This document shows positions 21,206-30,444 of a stretch of DNA of 64,000 nt, piece by piece (positions within the stretch are counted from its first letter, which is position 1; every line of letters starts with the position of its first letter). Source of the DNA: Acidobacteriota bacterium (GTDB lineage Bacteria > Acidobacteriota > UBA6911 > RPQK01 > CBDAPI01); NCBI GenBank assembly GCA_965248635.1, contig OZ252114.1:4751250-4815249 (forward strand), written 5' to 3'. Made by a program: the position numbers and the translations under genes. Below the pieces are notes generated by a model, which had not been told where the DNA came from, made no database searches, and worked only from the letters and a program-made list of their open reading frames with translations.

Positions 21206-21272
21206 CTAGGGATGTTGGAGGGGGCTCCCACTCTCGGCTTCTCCGACAAAGAGACGGGCCGGAGGCCGCCTC

Positions 21273-21416
21273 TCACTTCTCAGACGAGTTTTCTTCCCGG
21301 GAATGGGCGAGGCTTTCCAGTCGAGCCTGGACTTCCTGCTGGCGCCTGTGTATGAAAACGAGAAAGACAAACAGGAGCGTCCAGATCACAGTGTAGGCCG
21401 CAAAAAGGTAGCTCAT
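21273..21416 (-). CDS. ccmD: heme exporter CcmD-like small membrane protein (47 aa)
   Basis: Manual translation MSYLFAAYTVIWTLLFVFLVFIHRRQQEVQARLESL; ATGA overlap with the ccmC stop. Confidence 0.8.
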   Translation of the reverse strand: MSYLFAAYTVIWTLLFVFLVFIHRRQQEVQARLESLAHSREENSSEK

Positions 21417-22168
21417 TTTCCCTCCAACTCGAGATGAGCGTAGACTAGTTCCTCAGTCACGTGCTTCTGAAGGCGGGTTCCCATGCGGAGCAAGATCAAT
21501 ACAGCGGTCAGAAGAAGGAAAGCGAGTATTGCGACCAACCAGGCGTGCTGCATACGTGGATCGAGCTTGATCTCACTGGGAGTAATCACAATGGGGTGGA
21601 AAGTATCCCACAGGTGTATCGACAGGTAGACGATCGGTACGTCCAGGAAACCGATGATGCCAAAGACCGAACAGATTGCAGACTTGCGGTGTCCTTCAGG
21701 CAGGGCGGAACGAAGGATCAGGTAGGCCACGAACATCATGAGAAGAATCATTTCGGTCAGAACCCGAGGATCATCCCATTTGAGCCACAGAAAATAGTCC
21801 CCCACGTTCCACGCCGGTCTCGACCATATGGGTCCCGTAGTCAGCACGATTACCGTCAGAAAGACTCCCACTTCCACCGCAGACGCCGCCATCGTGTCCC
21901 AGAACCGGTTGCGGGTGGCCAGGTAGGCAATTCCTCCCACGAAGACGACAGCGAAGGCCACAAACGAGATCATGGCCGCGCTGACGTGGAAGTAGAAGAT
22001 GCGCTGGACTTCTTTCATGATCTGTTCAGTCGGCGCGTAAAGGAAAGCCCCGTAAATCGCCGCCACCATGAAGATATAGAGCGGGATGAGCAGTGCGCGG
22101 CTGAAGCGAATGCAGGTGGTCGCCTGTTGCAGCTCGAATCCCACTTGAAGACTATTCTGCGACGACAT
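21413..22168 (-). CDS. ccmC: heme exporter CcmC
   Basis: QRIFYFHV, TGPIWSRPAW..WDDPR (WWD domain), W.T.HP. Confidence 0.92.
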   Translation of the reverse strand: MSSQNSLQVGFELQQATTCIRFSRALLIPLYIFMVAAIYGAFLYAPTEQIMKEVQRIFYFHVSAAMISFVAFAVVFVGGIAYLATRNRFWDTMAASAVEVGVFLTVIVLTTGPIWSRPAWNVGDYFLWLKWDDPRVLTEMILLMMFVAYLILRSALPEGHRKSAICSVFGIIGFLDVPIVYLSIHLWDTFHPIVITPSEIKLDPRMQHAWLVAILAFLLLTAVLILLRMGTRLQKHVTEELVYAHLELEGK

Positions 22169-22829
22169 ATTCAAACAGGAGAAAGCCAGCCGACAAGAAG
22201 AGAACATCAAATCCTGCCAGTATTCGCATCCAGTGACCAAAGGCCTCCAGCCCGGTGGCAGCCAAAAGTTCCTGGGTAGCGCTGACAGCGGCGAGAATTA
22301 TAGGGATGATGATCGGAAAAAGCAAAACGGGAAGCAGGACGTCCTGGGTTCTCAGTGTGGTCACCATGGCAGCGAAGAGGGTTCCCACTGCCGCAAAACC
22401 GACCGTTGCCAGGAAAAGCATGGGAAGCAGCAACCAGGAGCTTCCCGTGAGAGGTGGATTAAAGAGCACCACAAAGATCAACACGATGAACACATCAATC
22501 GCCATCAGGAAGATCAAATTGGCGAGAGTCTTCCCCAGGAACAGCACGCCTCGATCGACCGGAGCCAGGAGCAGAGCCTGCAGGGTTCCTTGCTCCTGTT
22601 CGATCTGAAAGGAACGGTTGAGCTGGATGACGCCCGGGAACAGGAGAGCCACCCACAGGATTCCGGGGAGAGATTCTCGAGTCGCCTGGCTGCCCGGCTC
22701 GAAGGCGAAATTGAACACGACCAGGATGAGGACGGCAAAGAACATGGTGGTCAGGAAAGAGTGCAGCGACCTCGACGTTAGCTTCAGATCTTTGAGAGCC
22801 AGGCCCCAGACCAGGTCCAGTGAATTCAT
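22152..22829 (-). CDS. ccmB: heme exporter CcmB
   Basis: Hydrophobic; E.EQGTL..LLLAP, LLPVLLFP; lies between ccmA and ccmC. Confidence 0.92.
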   Translation of the reverse strand: MNSLDLVWGLALKDLKLTSRSLHSFLTTMFFAVLILVVFNFAFEPGSQATRESLPGILWVALLFPGVIQLNRSFQIEQEQGTLQALLLAPVDRGVLFLGKTLANLIFLMAIDVFIVLIFVVLFNPPLTGSSWLLLPMLFLATVGFAAVGTLFAAMVTTLRTQDVLLPVLLFPIIIPIILAAVSATQELLAATGLEAFGHWMRILAGFDVLFLSAGFLLFEYVVAE

Positions 22830-23542
22830 TTCACCTCTACCGACTTGCCGCCCACGGATTCGAAATAACGGTGCTCCAGATCCTCGAAAGCCAGGGATTC
22901 CTTCCCCTGCTCGGAAGCGATCCGGCCCCGATTGAGAATCAGGAACCGGGAGGCCAGCTGATAGCCCTCGCGGAGGTTGTGAGTCGCCATCAGCACGGTT
23001 CGATGTTTCGAGCTGATCTCCCCCAGCACCTCAGCGAAGGTCTGGCTGCCGTGCTGGTCCAGACCGGTAAAGGGTTCGTCCAACAGCAGCAGGGCGGGTT
23101 CATGGAGCAGGGCTCTGGCCAGCGTGAGCCTCTGTCGCATCCCCCGAGAGTAGGCCCCGGAAGGCAGGTCAATAAAAGATCGAAGGCCCATGCGCTCGCT
23201 GAGTTTCTCCGTGACCCGCATACTCTCCCCGAGACCATAGAGCCGGGCATAAAAGAGCAGGTTCTCCCGGCCGGTCAGCTGGTCGTAAAGCATCGTCTGG
23301 TGTGAGACGAGGCCGATCATCCTCCGATCCCAGGCACCGCTGCCCCAGCGGACCTCCCCGCGTGTCGGCTTCATGAGAGTTGAGATGATCTTCAGGAGAG
23401 TGCTCTTGCCGGCACCGTTGGGCCCAAAAACACAACAGAAGTCTCCCTCACAGAGAGTCAGGTTGACTTCTCTCAATGCTGTGATCGGTCCGTATCGATG
23501 GGTGACACCTTGCAGTTGGAGCAGGGGCGGTGGTGTCAACAT
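22826..23542 (-). CDS. ccmA: heme ABC exporter ATP-binding protein CcmA
   Basis: GPNGAGKS, YSRGMRQR, LLDEPFTGLD. Confidence 0.9.
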   Translation of the reverse strand: MLTPPPLLQLQGVTHRYGPITALREVNLTLCEGDFCCVFGPNGAGKSTLLKIISTLMKPTRGEVRWGSGAWDRRMIGLVSHQTMLYDQLTGRENLLFYARLYGLGESMRVTEKLSERMGLRSFIDLPSGAYSRGMRQRLTLARALLHEPALLLLDEPFTGLDQHGSQTFAEVLGEISSKHRTVLMATHNLREGYQLASRFLILNRGRIASEQGKESLAFEDLEHRYFESVGGKSVEVK

Positions 23543-23845
23543 TCAGGAGGTTTTCTTGGAAGCTCGTTTCTTGTTCAGACGATCGACCTCGTCGAAAGCC
23601 TCAATCGCCCGCTCCTCGAATTCGACTCTCAAAAGCTGATAGTCGTCTTCCGAGAGCTTGCCCATATGGTAGTCCATCTCAATGTCTTTCAAGGTGGTGA
23701 AGACCTCGTTCTTGGCGCGGACTGCCTTCTCCCGGCGGGTCAGCTTTCTTTCCTTTTTCTGTTCTTGTTGGACATCCATGAGAAACGGATGGGCGACATA
23801 GAGAATCACCAGGATGAACAGGACAGGAGCGACATAAGGCCACAT
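23543..23845 (-). CDS. small TM/coiled-coil protein of the ccm operon (CcmI N-terminal-like)
   Basis: TM helix then LKDIEMDYHMGKLSEDDYQ.LR. Confidence 0.7.
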   Translation of the reverse strand: MWPYVAPVLFILVILYVAHPFLMDVQQEQKKERKLTRREKAVRAKNEVFTTLKDIEMDYHMGKLSEDDYQLLRVEFEERAIEAFDEVDRLNKKRASKKTS

Positions 23846-23858
23846 ATTAAAACCGCCT

Positions 23859-24338
23859 TCAGTCCAGATCAGCGAGTTCTCTTTTGATTCTCTCCTGCAC
23901 TCGCGGGTCGACCGTCCTCTCCACCTGCGATCCGGACGAAACCTGAACACCCCCCCCTCGCAAACGCCGGTAGGTGGCAACGACTACTCCCGCACCCAGA
24001 CCCAGCACAACGAAGGGAAGGATCCAGCCGAGGAGATTGAAACCCTCCGCTCTGGGGGCCGCCAGCACCTGAGCACCAAACTGAGCTACGTAGAAGTCGT
24101 AGATTTCCTCATCCGATTCGCCCCCTTCCAACTTTCCTCGGACTTCACGGTTCATTTCTCCAGCTCTTCCGCAGGAACAGGCACTGACCACCGTGGGGGG
24201 ACATCCACAGGTGCAGACAATGTTGTCGGTGACCCGCAGAACATCTTCCCATTCGACCTCGCCGAGCAGCACCGGGGAAGCCAGCAAGGCTACCGCTGTG
24301 CAGAGGATCGGGGCAAAAACCGGGCTAGGCTGCTTCAT
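23859..24338 (-). CDS. ccmH: cytochrome c biogenesis protein CcmH
   Basis: Signal peptide, CTCGC...CSC, FVAQFG-like segment, VLAAP, TM helix. Confidence 0.8.
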   Translation of the reverse strand: MKQPSPVFAPILCTAVALLASPVLLGEVEWEDVLRVTDNIVCTCGCPPTVVSACSCGRAGEMNREVRGKLEGGESDEEIYDFYVAQFGAQVLAAPRAEGFNLLGWILPFVVLGLGAGVVVATYRRLRGGGVQVSSGSQVERTVDPRVQERIKRELADLD

Positions 24339-26319
24339 CCCGAATTTCCCCGGCAGCCGGCCGCTTCAGGACACGGGCAACTGCCTTTCTCTGGTTCGGA
24401 ATCAGCACGAAAAGCCCGCCCAGAACCATCACCGCCACCCCGATCCAGATCAGCATCACCAGGGGTTTCACGAACACATGAAAGGTAGCGGTCTCCTCAT
24501 CCCAGGTAGAAAGTGCGACGTAAAGGTCGTCCCTGGGCGTGGAGCGGATGGCGACTTCCGTTTGCGGCTGATCCTGGTTCGTATGGTGGATGTGCTTTTC
24601 GGGCCTGAGCCCGCCCAGAATGTTTCCCTCAGCCGAGACATCCAGGCGAGCCGAAAAAACGTCCTTTTCCGGATCCCTCCGGTCCGACATCCCCTTGTAG
24701 ACCATGGTGTATCGGCCCAGGGAAAAGCTCTCTCCCTCTCGAACTGTAAAGAACTGATCCAGGTCGAAGAAGGAACTGGCTGTAATCCCCACGAACACGA
24801 GCACGATTCCGCCATGAATGACAAAGCCTCCATAGCGCCGCTTGTTCATAACGGTCAAATCCACCAGAGCCGGGATAAAGGAGCTGGGGCGAATGGCCTG
24901 CCGCGCTCTGGCTCCTTTATAAAACTCAAAGAAGATGGTCATCGCGACAAAGCCGGCTGAGGAAAACAGAATCAGCGGAAGCGCAGCTCGAATTCCGAGG
25001 CCCAGGCAGACCAGGCCGGCGACCACGCCTCCGACAATGGGATACACGAAGTTGCGCTGGAAATTCTTCGAAGAAGCCTTCCGCCAGGCGATCAGGGGAC
25101 AGATCCCCGTCAGGATGAGGAGAGCCAGCCACAACGGGGCCGTGACCTTATTGAAGAAGGGAGCCCCGACCGTGATTTTTTCACCCGTAACCCACTCGGA
25201 TAGGACCGGAAACACGCTGCCCCAGAAAACGGCGAAGCAGATGGAGACAAACAGCCAGTTGTTCAGGAGAAAAGTGAATTCCCGAGAGAGAAACGACTGC
25301 ATTTTCTTGCCACTTTGCATCTCCCCGGATCGATAGAAAATCATGAACATGCCGAAAAGGCTCGAGATGGCCAGGAAGACCACAAAGAAGGGGCCGATGT
25401 TCGAGAGAGCAAAGGAGTGAACCGACTCGATGACCCCGCTCCTGGTCAAAAACGTACCGAAGATGGTCAGTTCGAAAGCCAGCAGGATGAGCACGAAGTT
25501 CCAGGCCTTCAGCATTCCCTTCTTCTCGGTGATCATGATCGAGTGCAGGAAGGCGGTTGCCACCAGCCAGGGCATGAAGGAAGCGTTTTCCACCGGATCC
25601 CAGGCCCAGTAGCCGCCCCAGCCAAGCTCCTCGTAAGCCCACATCCCTCCCAGGGCAATCCCAAAAGTCAAAAAACACCACCCAATGAGGCCCCACTTGC
25701 GAGTGGAGGCGACCCAGGTTGTGTTCAGTTCCCCGCTCAGCAGCGCTCCCATGGCAATCGCGAAGGGGATGTTCAGGCAGATGAACCCGAGATAAAGCGC
25801 CGGGGGATGGATGACCATGTAGGAGTTCTGGAGCAGGGGGTTGAGCCCGACACCGTCTGCAACAATCCGGGGCGCCAGCTGGAAGGGAGTGGCGGCAAAG
25901 TTGAGCAGAATCAGGAAAAAAAGTGAGCTACCCAGCAACACTCCATTTGCATAGGGAACGAGTGCCCGGTTTCGCTTCCGATTCTGGAGGACAAAAATGG
26001 AACTGAACAAGGCCAGAATCAGGGACCAGAAGAGCAGACTCCCGCTCTGCTGACCCCACAGGGAAGTAAACTTGTAAAGAGCCGGCTGGTTGCGCGAGCT
26101 GACCATGGCGACGTACCGAACCTGGAACTGATCCTGGAAAATCAAGACCCACAGACAGGTGGCGGCCACCAGACAGAGAACAAAGTTGGCTATGACTGCG
26201 TGCTCCGAGCTGCGAATGAACGGAAGCTGTTTCCGGTAACCACCCCAGAAGGCAGCCACAAAGCCATAGGCACAAAGAATAAGTGCGGCGACGAGACAGT
26301 AACGACCCAGTTCAATCAT
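24325..26319 (-). CDS. ccmF: heme lyase CcmF
   Basis: HPP, WAYEELGWGGYWAWDPVENASFMPWL, SVHSF. Confidence 0.97.
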   Translation of the reverse strand: MIELGRYCLVAALILCAYGFVAAFWGGYRKQLPFIRSSEHAVIANFVLCLVAATCLWVLIFQDQFQVRYVAMVSSRNQPALYKFTSLWGQQSGSLLFWSLILALFSSIFVLQNRKRNRALVPYANGVLLGSSLFFLILLNFAATPFQLAPRIVADGVGLNPLLQNSYMVIHPPALYLGFICLNIPFAIAMGALLSGELNTTWVASTRKWGLIGWCFLTFGIALGGMWAYEELGWGGYWAWDPVENASFMPWLVATAFLHSIMITEKKGMLKAWNFVLILLAFELTIFGTFLTRSGVIESVHSFALSNIGPFFVVFLAISSLFGMFMIFYRSGEMQSGKKMQSFLSREFTFLLNNWLFVSICFAVFWGSVFPVLSEWVTGEKITVGAPFFNKVTAPLWLALLILTGICPLIAWRKASSKNFQRNFVYPIVGGVVAGLVCLGLGIRAALPLILFSSAGFVAMTIFFEFYKGARARQAIRPSSFIPALVDLTVMNKRRYGGFVIHGGIVLVFVGITASSFFDLDQFFTVREGESFSLGRYTMVYKGMSDRRDPEKDVFSARLDVSAEGNILGGLRPEKHIHHTNQDQPQTEVAIRSTPRDDLYVALSTWDEETATFHVFVKPLVMLIWIGVAVMVLGGLFVLIPNQRKAVARVLKRPAAGEIRDEAA

Positions 26320-26334
26320 TGCGCTTGGTACTAC

Positions 26335-26766
26335 TCAGTCAGTGCTGCTGGCGTCTACAGGTCGGTCAATTTGGTCCTGTTGCTCGTACTTGGAGGGACA
26401 TTTCGCGAGCAGCACGTTGGCGTGAAAGACCTGCTCGTCCGGATCATATCGCCCCTCCACAACCACTTCCGCTCGCTCCTGAAAGGTGTCCGGAATATCT
26501 CCCTGGTAGGTCACGGGAATGCTCAGGGTGCTGGCCTGATCGTAGACCAGAAATTCCACTCTGGACTGGTTGCGATGAAGGTTGATGCTGCCCGGCTTCA
26601 CCTGACCGGTCAATCGCACGCCCCGTTTCTCCAGTCGGGTGGATTTCTCCAGAAGTTGAGGAATGTCATAGTAGGTCACCATCGAATCGCTCATTCCGGT
26701 GTACATCAGAAAGCCGATGGAGCCCAGAATCAAGGCTCCCGCAATCAAGAACTTGGGCTGTGTCAT
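26335..26766 (-). CDS. ccmE: heme chaperone CcmE, CxxxY variant
   Basis: Y.G.IPDTF.E...VVVEG and LAKCPSKY. Confidence 0.92.
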   Translation of the reverse strand: MTQPKFLIAGALILGSIGFLMYTGMSDSMVTYYDIPQLLEKSTRLEKRGVRLTGQVKPGSINLHRNQSRVEFLVYDQASTLSIPVTYQGDIPDTFQERAEVVVEGRYDPDEQVFHANVLLAKCPSKYEQQDQIDRPVDASSTD

Positions 26767-27001
26767 TTATCTCTCTCCATTTCTCAAATCCTGATCAGAG
26801 AGCTCGGATCCCTGGGGGTCGCTCTCGCTATTCTATCAAGCAATTCAGGAGCCAAGAAAGGCCAGCACACCGGATTCGGACCGCATGGTCCCGAGTTGTT
26901 CGTTTTCTGTTCATAGAAAAGTCCGCAAATTTCCTTCCAAGAGCGTTATTGAGAAAGGGCACCAGCCCCTTCACATGGCACGTTCGTCCTGCCGCGAGTT
27001 C

Positions 27002-27298
27002 TTAGAAGCCGGCGACGTAAACGAAGGTCAGCAAGGCCAGAAACTCAATAAAGGCCAGACCCAGGATGATAAAAAACCGAATCGTATCGGTGGAGCCGGG
27101 ATTCCGCGAGACCCCCTCACATCCCCCTCGCAAGGCGATCGATTGAGCAATTCCACAGCCGGCCGCGGCGAGCCCCATACCAATGGCCGTCAAATCGAGC
27201 ACACCTCCAGCCGAGGTTCCTCCTTCTTGAGCAAAGACGGGCCCGACAAAGACGGTTAAGAACACCAGCATGAACACCAAGAACACAAGCATCTTCAT
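27002..27298 (-). CDS. atpE: ATP synthase F0 subunit c
   Basis: Gly-rich helix, RNP loop, carboxylate in LAFIEFLAL. Confidence 0.93.
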   Translation of the reverse strand: MKMLVFLVFMLVFLTVFVGPVFAQEGGTSAGGVLDLTAIGMGLAAAGCGIAQSIALRGGCEGVSRNPGSTDTIRFFIILGLAFIEFLALLTFVYVAGF

Positions 27299-27378
27299 TT
27301 TGGAAACTCTCCTATATCCTCTCTAGAAAACAGGTGTTTGACATTGGCATGTTGCCCTAGTGCACTGTCCGGATGTCC

Positions 27379-28134
27379 TCAATGGTGTGACTGCTCCACG
27401 GCACTGCCGACATAGACCATCGTGAGCACAATAAAGATAAAGGCCTGAACCGTACTGGCAAAGAGAGCCAGCATCATGACCGGAAGAGCTATGAGAAAGG
27501 GAAATATCCCGTTCAGACTCCCGATGATCAGCTCCTCAGCAAAGATATTCCCAAACAGGCGAACCGACAGCGAAAACGGTCTCGCCATATGGCTGATGAT
27601 CTCGATCACGAACAGGAGCGGGGCGAGCACCAGTGAAGGGCCGGCAAAGTGCGCCATGTACTTCGCGAACCCGTGCGTTTTCAAACCGTGAAAGTTGTAG
27701 TACACGAACACGATGATGGCACAGCCGGCAGTCACGTTGATGTTACTCGTCGGTGACATGAAACCCGGAAACAACCCCAGAAGATTACAGGTCAGAATGA
27801 ACAGAAAGAGCGAGCCGATAATAGGGAAAAAGGCCTTGTGGCGGGCGCCAATGAGATTCTTCATGAAGTCCAGAATGGCTTCAAAGGTCAATTCCAGGCC
27901 CTGCTGTACGACTCCCGGGTCGTCGACGCTCAGCCGACTCCTCATCCAGATTGCAAACACCGTGAGGCCCAGGCTGACAAGAATGATCATGACCAGGTGG
28001 GGAGGCAGGACAGCGTGACCCGGCTGGTAGTCGATCCACTCTCCCAGCTGCGGGACAGAAGGCATCACCCGTTCCGCGATCGGGTTCGCAATGTATTCGT
28101 TGAAGATGGTGGAAACAAAAAACTCTTCGTGCAT
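27379..28134 (-). CDS. atpB: ATP synthase F0 subunit a
   Basis: PTSNIN, RPFSLSVRLFGNIFA, QAFIF..LT.VY. Confidence 0.96.
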   Translation of the reverse strand: MHEEFFVSTIFNEYIANPIAERVMPSVPQLGEWIDYQPGHAVLPPHLVMIILVSLGLTVFAIWMRSRLSVDDPGVVQQGLELTFEAILDFMKNLIGARHKAFFPIIGSLFLFILTCNLLGLFPGFMSPTSNINVTAGCAIIVFVYYNFHGLKTHGFAKYMAHFAGPSLVLAPLLFVIEIISHMARPFSLSVRLFGNIFAEELIIGSLNGIFPFLIALPVMMLALFASTVQAFIFIVLTMVYVGSAVEQSHH

Positions 28135-28137
28135 GAC

Positions 28138-28515
28138 TCAGTGACTTCGCTTCAACTGTTCGATGAGCTGAATAAGGGCTTCCAGCATGCCTGCAAGTAC
28201 GAAGATCGAGAGCCCGACGATTCCCCCCAGGAGGCTCAAAAAAGAAAAATGGATCATAGCAAACAAAGTGCCCAAAATCAATAACAGCCGGAGCAGGTAT
28301 TTGAGCATTGCCTGCTTGCGTCCCGCGGGGGTCGGAGTCCCCAGCATGGTATCAATTCCAGCCACCATCCAGCGGTGATTGAGCAGGGCCAGCAACCCTC
28401 CGATCAGGATCGAGAGGGCAGTGCCCGGGCCCTGGTAGAAAAACCCGATCAGCACCAGAACAATGAGAATCCATACTGTGTTGGCTTGCACTCGTTTCAG
28501 GCCCGGATCATTCAT
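28138..28515 (-). CDS. atpI: ATP synthase protein I
   Basis: Four-TM protein upstream of atpB. Confidence 0.75.
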   Translation of the reverse strand: MNDPGLKRVQANTVWILIVLVLIGFFYQGPGTALSILIGGLLALLNHRWMVAGIDTMLGTPTPAGRKQAMLKYLLRLLLILGTLFAMIHFSFLSLLGGIVGLSIFVLAGMLEALIQLIEQLKRSH

Positions 28516-28548
28516 GAGTCTTCGAAAACCATTTATGAATGATCCGGA

Positions 28549-28752
28549 TCAAGGCTTCTGAAGGAGTCTGAACACCTGGAAAAGTCCCGCGCCCGAACCC
28601 AGCAATATGCCGACCAGCGCCAGTTTGGGTTCAGTTCTCCATCTTTCGTCGAACCAGTTACCGATGAAGTAGCCAACCAGCATGCAAGAGGGCAGGAGGA
28701 AGATGATTCCACTGTAGCGCGCTACCATTCGGGATACGCCGGGCTTTTTCAT
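28549..28752 (-). CDS. atpZ: AtpZ/AtpI family protein
   Basis: G..IG.WFD..W.T.P...LVG..LG..AG motif. Confidence 0.8.
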   Translation of the reverse strand: MKKPGVSRMVARYSGIIFLLPSCMLVGYFIGNWFDERWRTEPKLALVGILLGSGAGLFQVFRLLQKP

Positions 28753-28934
28753 TTTCTTGCTGTCCCAGGATTCGGCCGCACTGGTCCTGCACGAGAATGT
28801 GTCCCAGGGTTAGTTGGCCTCCCCGGCGCTTCCGCACCGGGCTCTGACTGCCGCCAGTAGAACTGATCAGAGCCGCTGGCGGAAGCCAGCGGCAAGCATT
28901 CTGGCCTCTGTGATCCCATTCTTGCCACACCTTC

Positions 28935-30443
28935 CTACAGGAACGCGGCGGCGGCTTGGGCCAGGTCAATCAACGGCTGGGGATAGATTCCCGTCAAGAC
29001 AGTCAGAAGCCCGGTCACCACCAGAGTGATGACGACACCCGCTGAAAAGGCCAACCGGGCCGGGACAGGGTCCTGCTCGAAGAACATCAGAACGACAATT
29101 CGGAGGTAGTAGAAAAGGGAGACAACGGCATTCAGGGCACCCACCACGGCGAGTACCACAAGCAAGGTGGCCTGAGGACCGGTACTGGCGAACGCAGCCT
29201 GGATCACCGCTCCAAACACAAAGTATTTGGCGATGAATCCACCCATCGGTGGAATCCCTGCCAGGGAAAGTAAAAAGAGCACCATCAGGACTGCAATAGC
29301 AGGCCGCTTCGCCAGCAGGCCGCGGAAGGACTCGATGTCCTCCCCCTGGATGTCCTCCCGCCGCAGGAGGATGAGAACGGCCCAGACCCCAAGATTCATA
29401 AATGTGTACACAAAGAGATACACAGCGGCTGCGGTGACACCATACTCGGTTCCCGCTACATACGCGGCTCCCGCTACCAACGCCATAAGGACATAGCCGG
29501 CATGGGAAATGCTGGAGTATGCAAGCAGTCGCTTCACGTTTTTCTGGGTCACTGCGGCGACGTTGCCCCATGTCATCGTGAGCATCGAGATCAGAGCCAG
29601 GATGACGACATAGGCCTCTCGAACATCGCCCAGTGCGACAAAACAAATCCGGAAAAATACGGCAAAGGCGGCTGCCTTGACACCAACGGATATGAACGCG
29701 GTGATGGCAGTTGGTGCTCCTTCATAGGCGTCGGGGGCCCACATGTGAAAGGGAGCGGCGGCAACTTTGAAACAGAGGCCGATAATGATCAAGAAGACAG
29801 CCAGGGCCACCAGGGGGCTCAACTCCTGGCGGGCCAGGGAGTTGCCGATGTCCACCAGGTTGGTGCTCCCGGTCATGCCGTAGAGGAGGGACATCCCATA
29901 CAAAATGATGCCCGTGGAAAACGCCCCCAGCAGAAAGTACTTCATGGAAGCTTCGTTGGAGCGCCTGCTTCCCCTCAGAAAGCCCACCAGAATGTAAGTC
30001 GAGACCGACATCAACTCGAGCCCGACCAGGATCGTGATCAACTCGAGAGCGCCGGCCACGAACATCATTCCGGCAGTGGCAAAAAGAATCAGGGCATAGT
30101 ACTCCCCGTGATGCTCGTCCTCGATCTCCAGGTAACGATAGGAAAGGAGCACCGAAAGGGCGGCAGTCGCGATGAAAAGAAAGTGAAAGTAGCGGGTGAA
30201 GTAGTCAAAGGAGATCATCCCGTTGAAGGCCGGTCCTGCCTCGCTCCCCCACCAGACGTCGAAGCCTGCAATGAGCAGGCCCAGCAGCGAATAGCGAATC
30301 GGCCAGCTGGTGGGGTTGGAGCGCAGGAGGGGGACTACGCAAAGGATGGCAAGTCCCCACAGGATCAAAACCAGCTGCGGCCGGATGATCACCGAGTTTT
30401 CTCTCAGATAGGAGAGAACCTCCTGCCCGGCCAAGAAATCCAT
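28935..30443 (-). CDS. nuoN: NADH-quinone oxidoreductase subunit N
   Basis: EASMKYFLLG, FKVAAAPFHMWAPDAYEGAPT, KRLLAYSSISHAGY. Confidence 0.95.
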   Translation of the reverse strand: MDFLAGQEVLSYLRENSVIIRPQLVLILWGLAILCVVPLLRSNPTSWPIRYSLLGLLIAGFDVWWGSEAGPAFNGMISFDYFTRYFHFLFIATAALSVLLSYRYLEIEDEHHGEYYALILFATAGMMFVAGALELITILVGLELMSVSTYILVGFLRGSRRSNEASMKYFLLGAFSTGIILYGMSLLYGMTGSTNLVDIGNSLARQELSPLVALAVFLIIIGLCFKVAAAPFHMWAPDAYEGAPTAITAFISVGVKAAAFAVFFRICFVALGDVREAYVVILALISMLTMTWGNVAAVTQKNVKRLLAYSSISHAGYVLMALVAGAAYVAGTEYGVTAAAVYLFVYTFMNLGVWAVLILLRREDIQGEDIESFRGLLAKRPAIAVLMVLFLLSLAGIPPMGGFIAKYFVFGAVIQAAFASTGPQATLLVVLAVVGALNAVVSLFYYLRIVVLMFFEQDPVPARLAFSAGVVITLVVTGLLTVLTGIYPQPLIDLAQAAAAFL

Positions 30444-30444
30444 G

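Noticed and set aside
27002-27298. Na+-translocating ATP synthase
   Set aside because: A Gln is present in helix 1, but the carboxylate is followed by FL rather than ES/T..Y, so the Na+ signature is incomplete.
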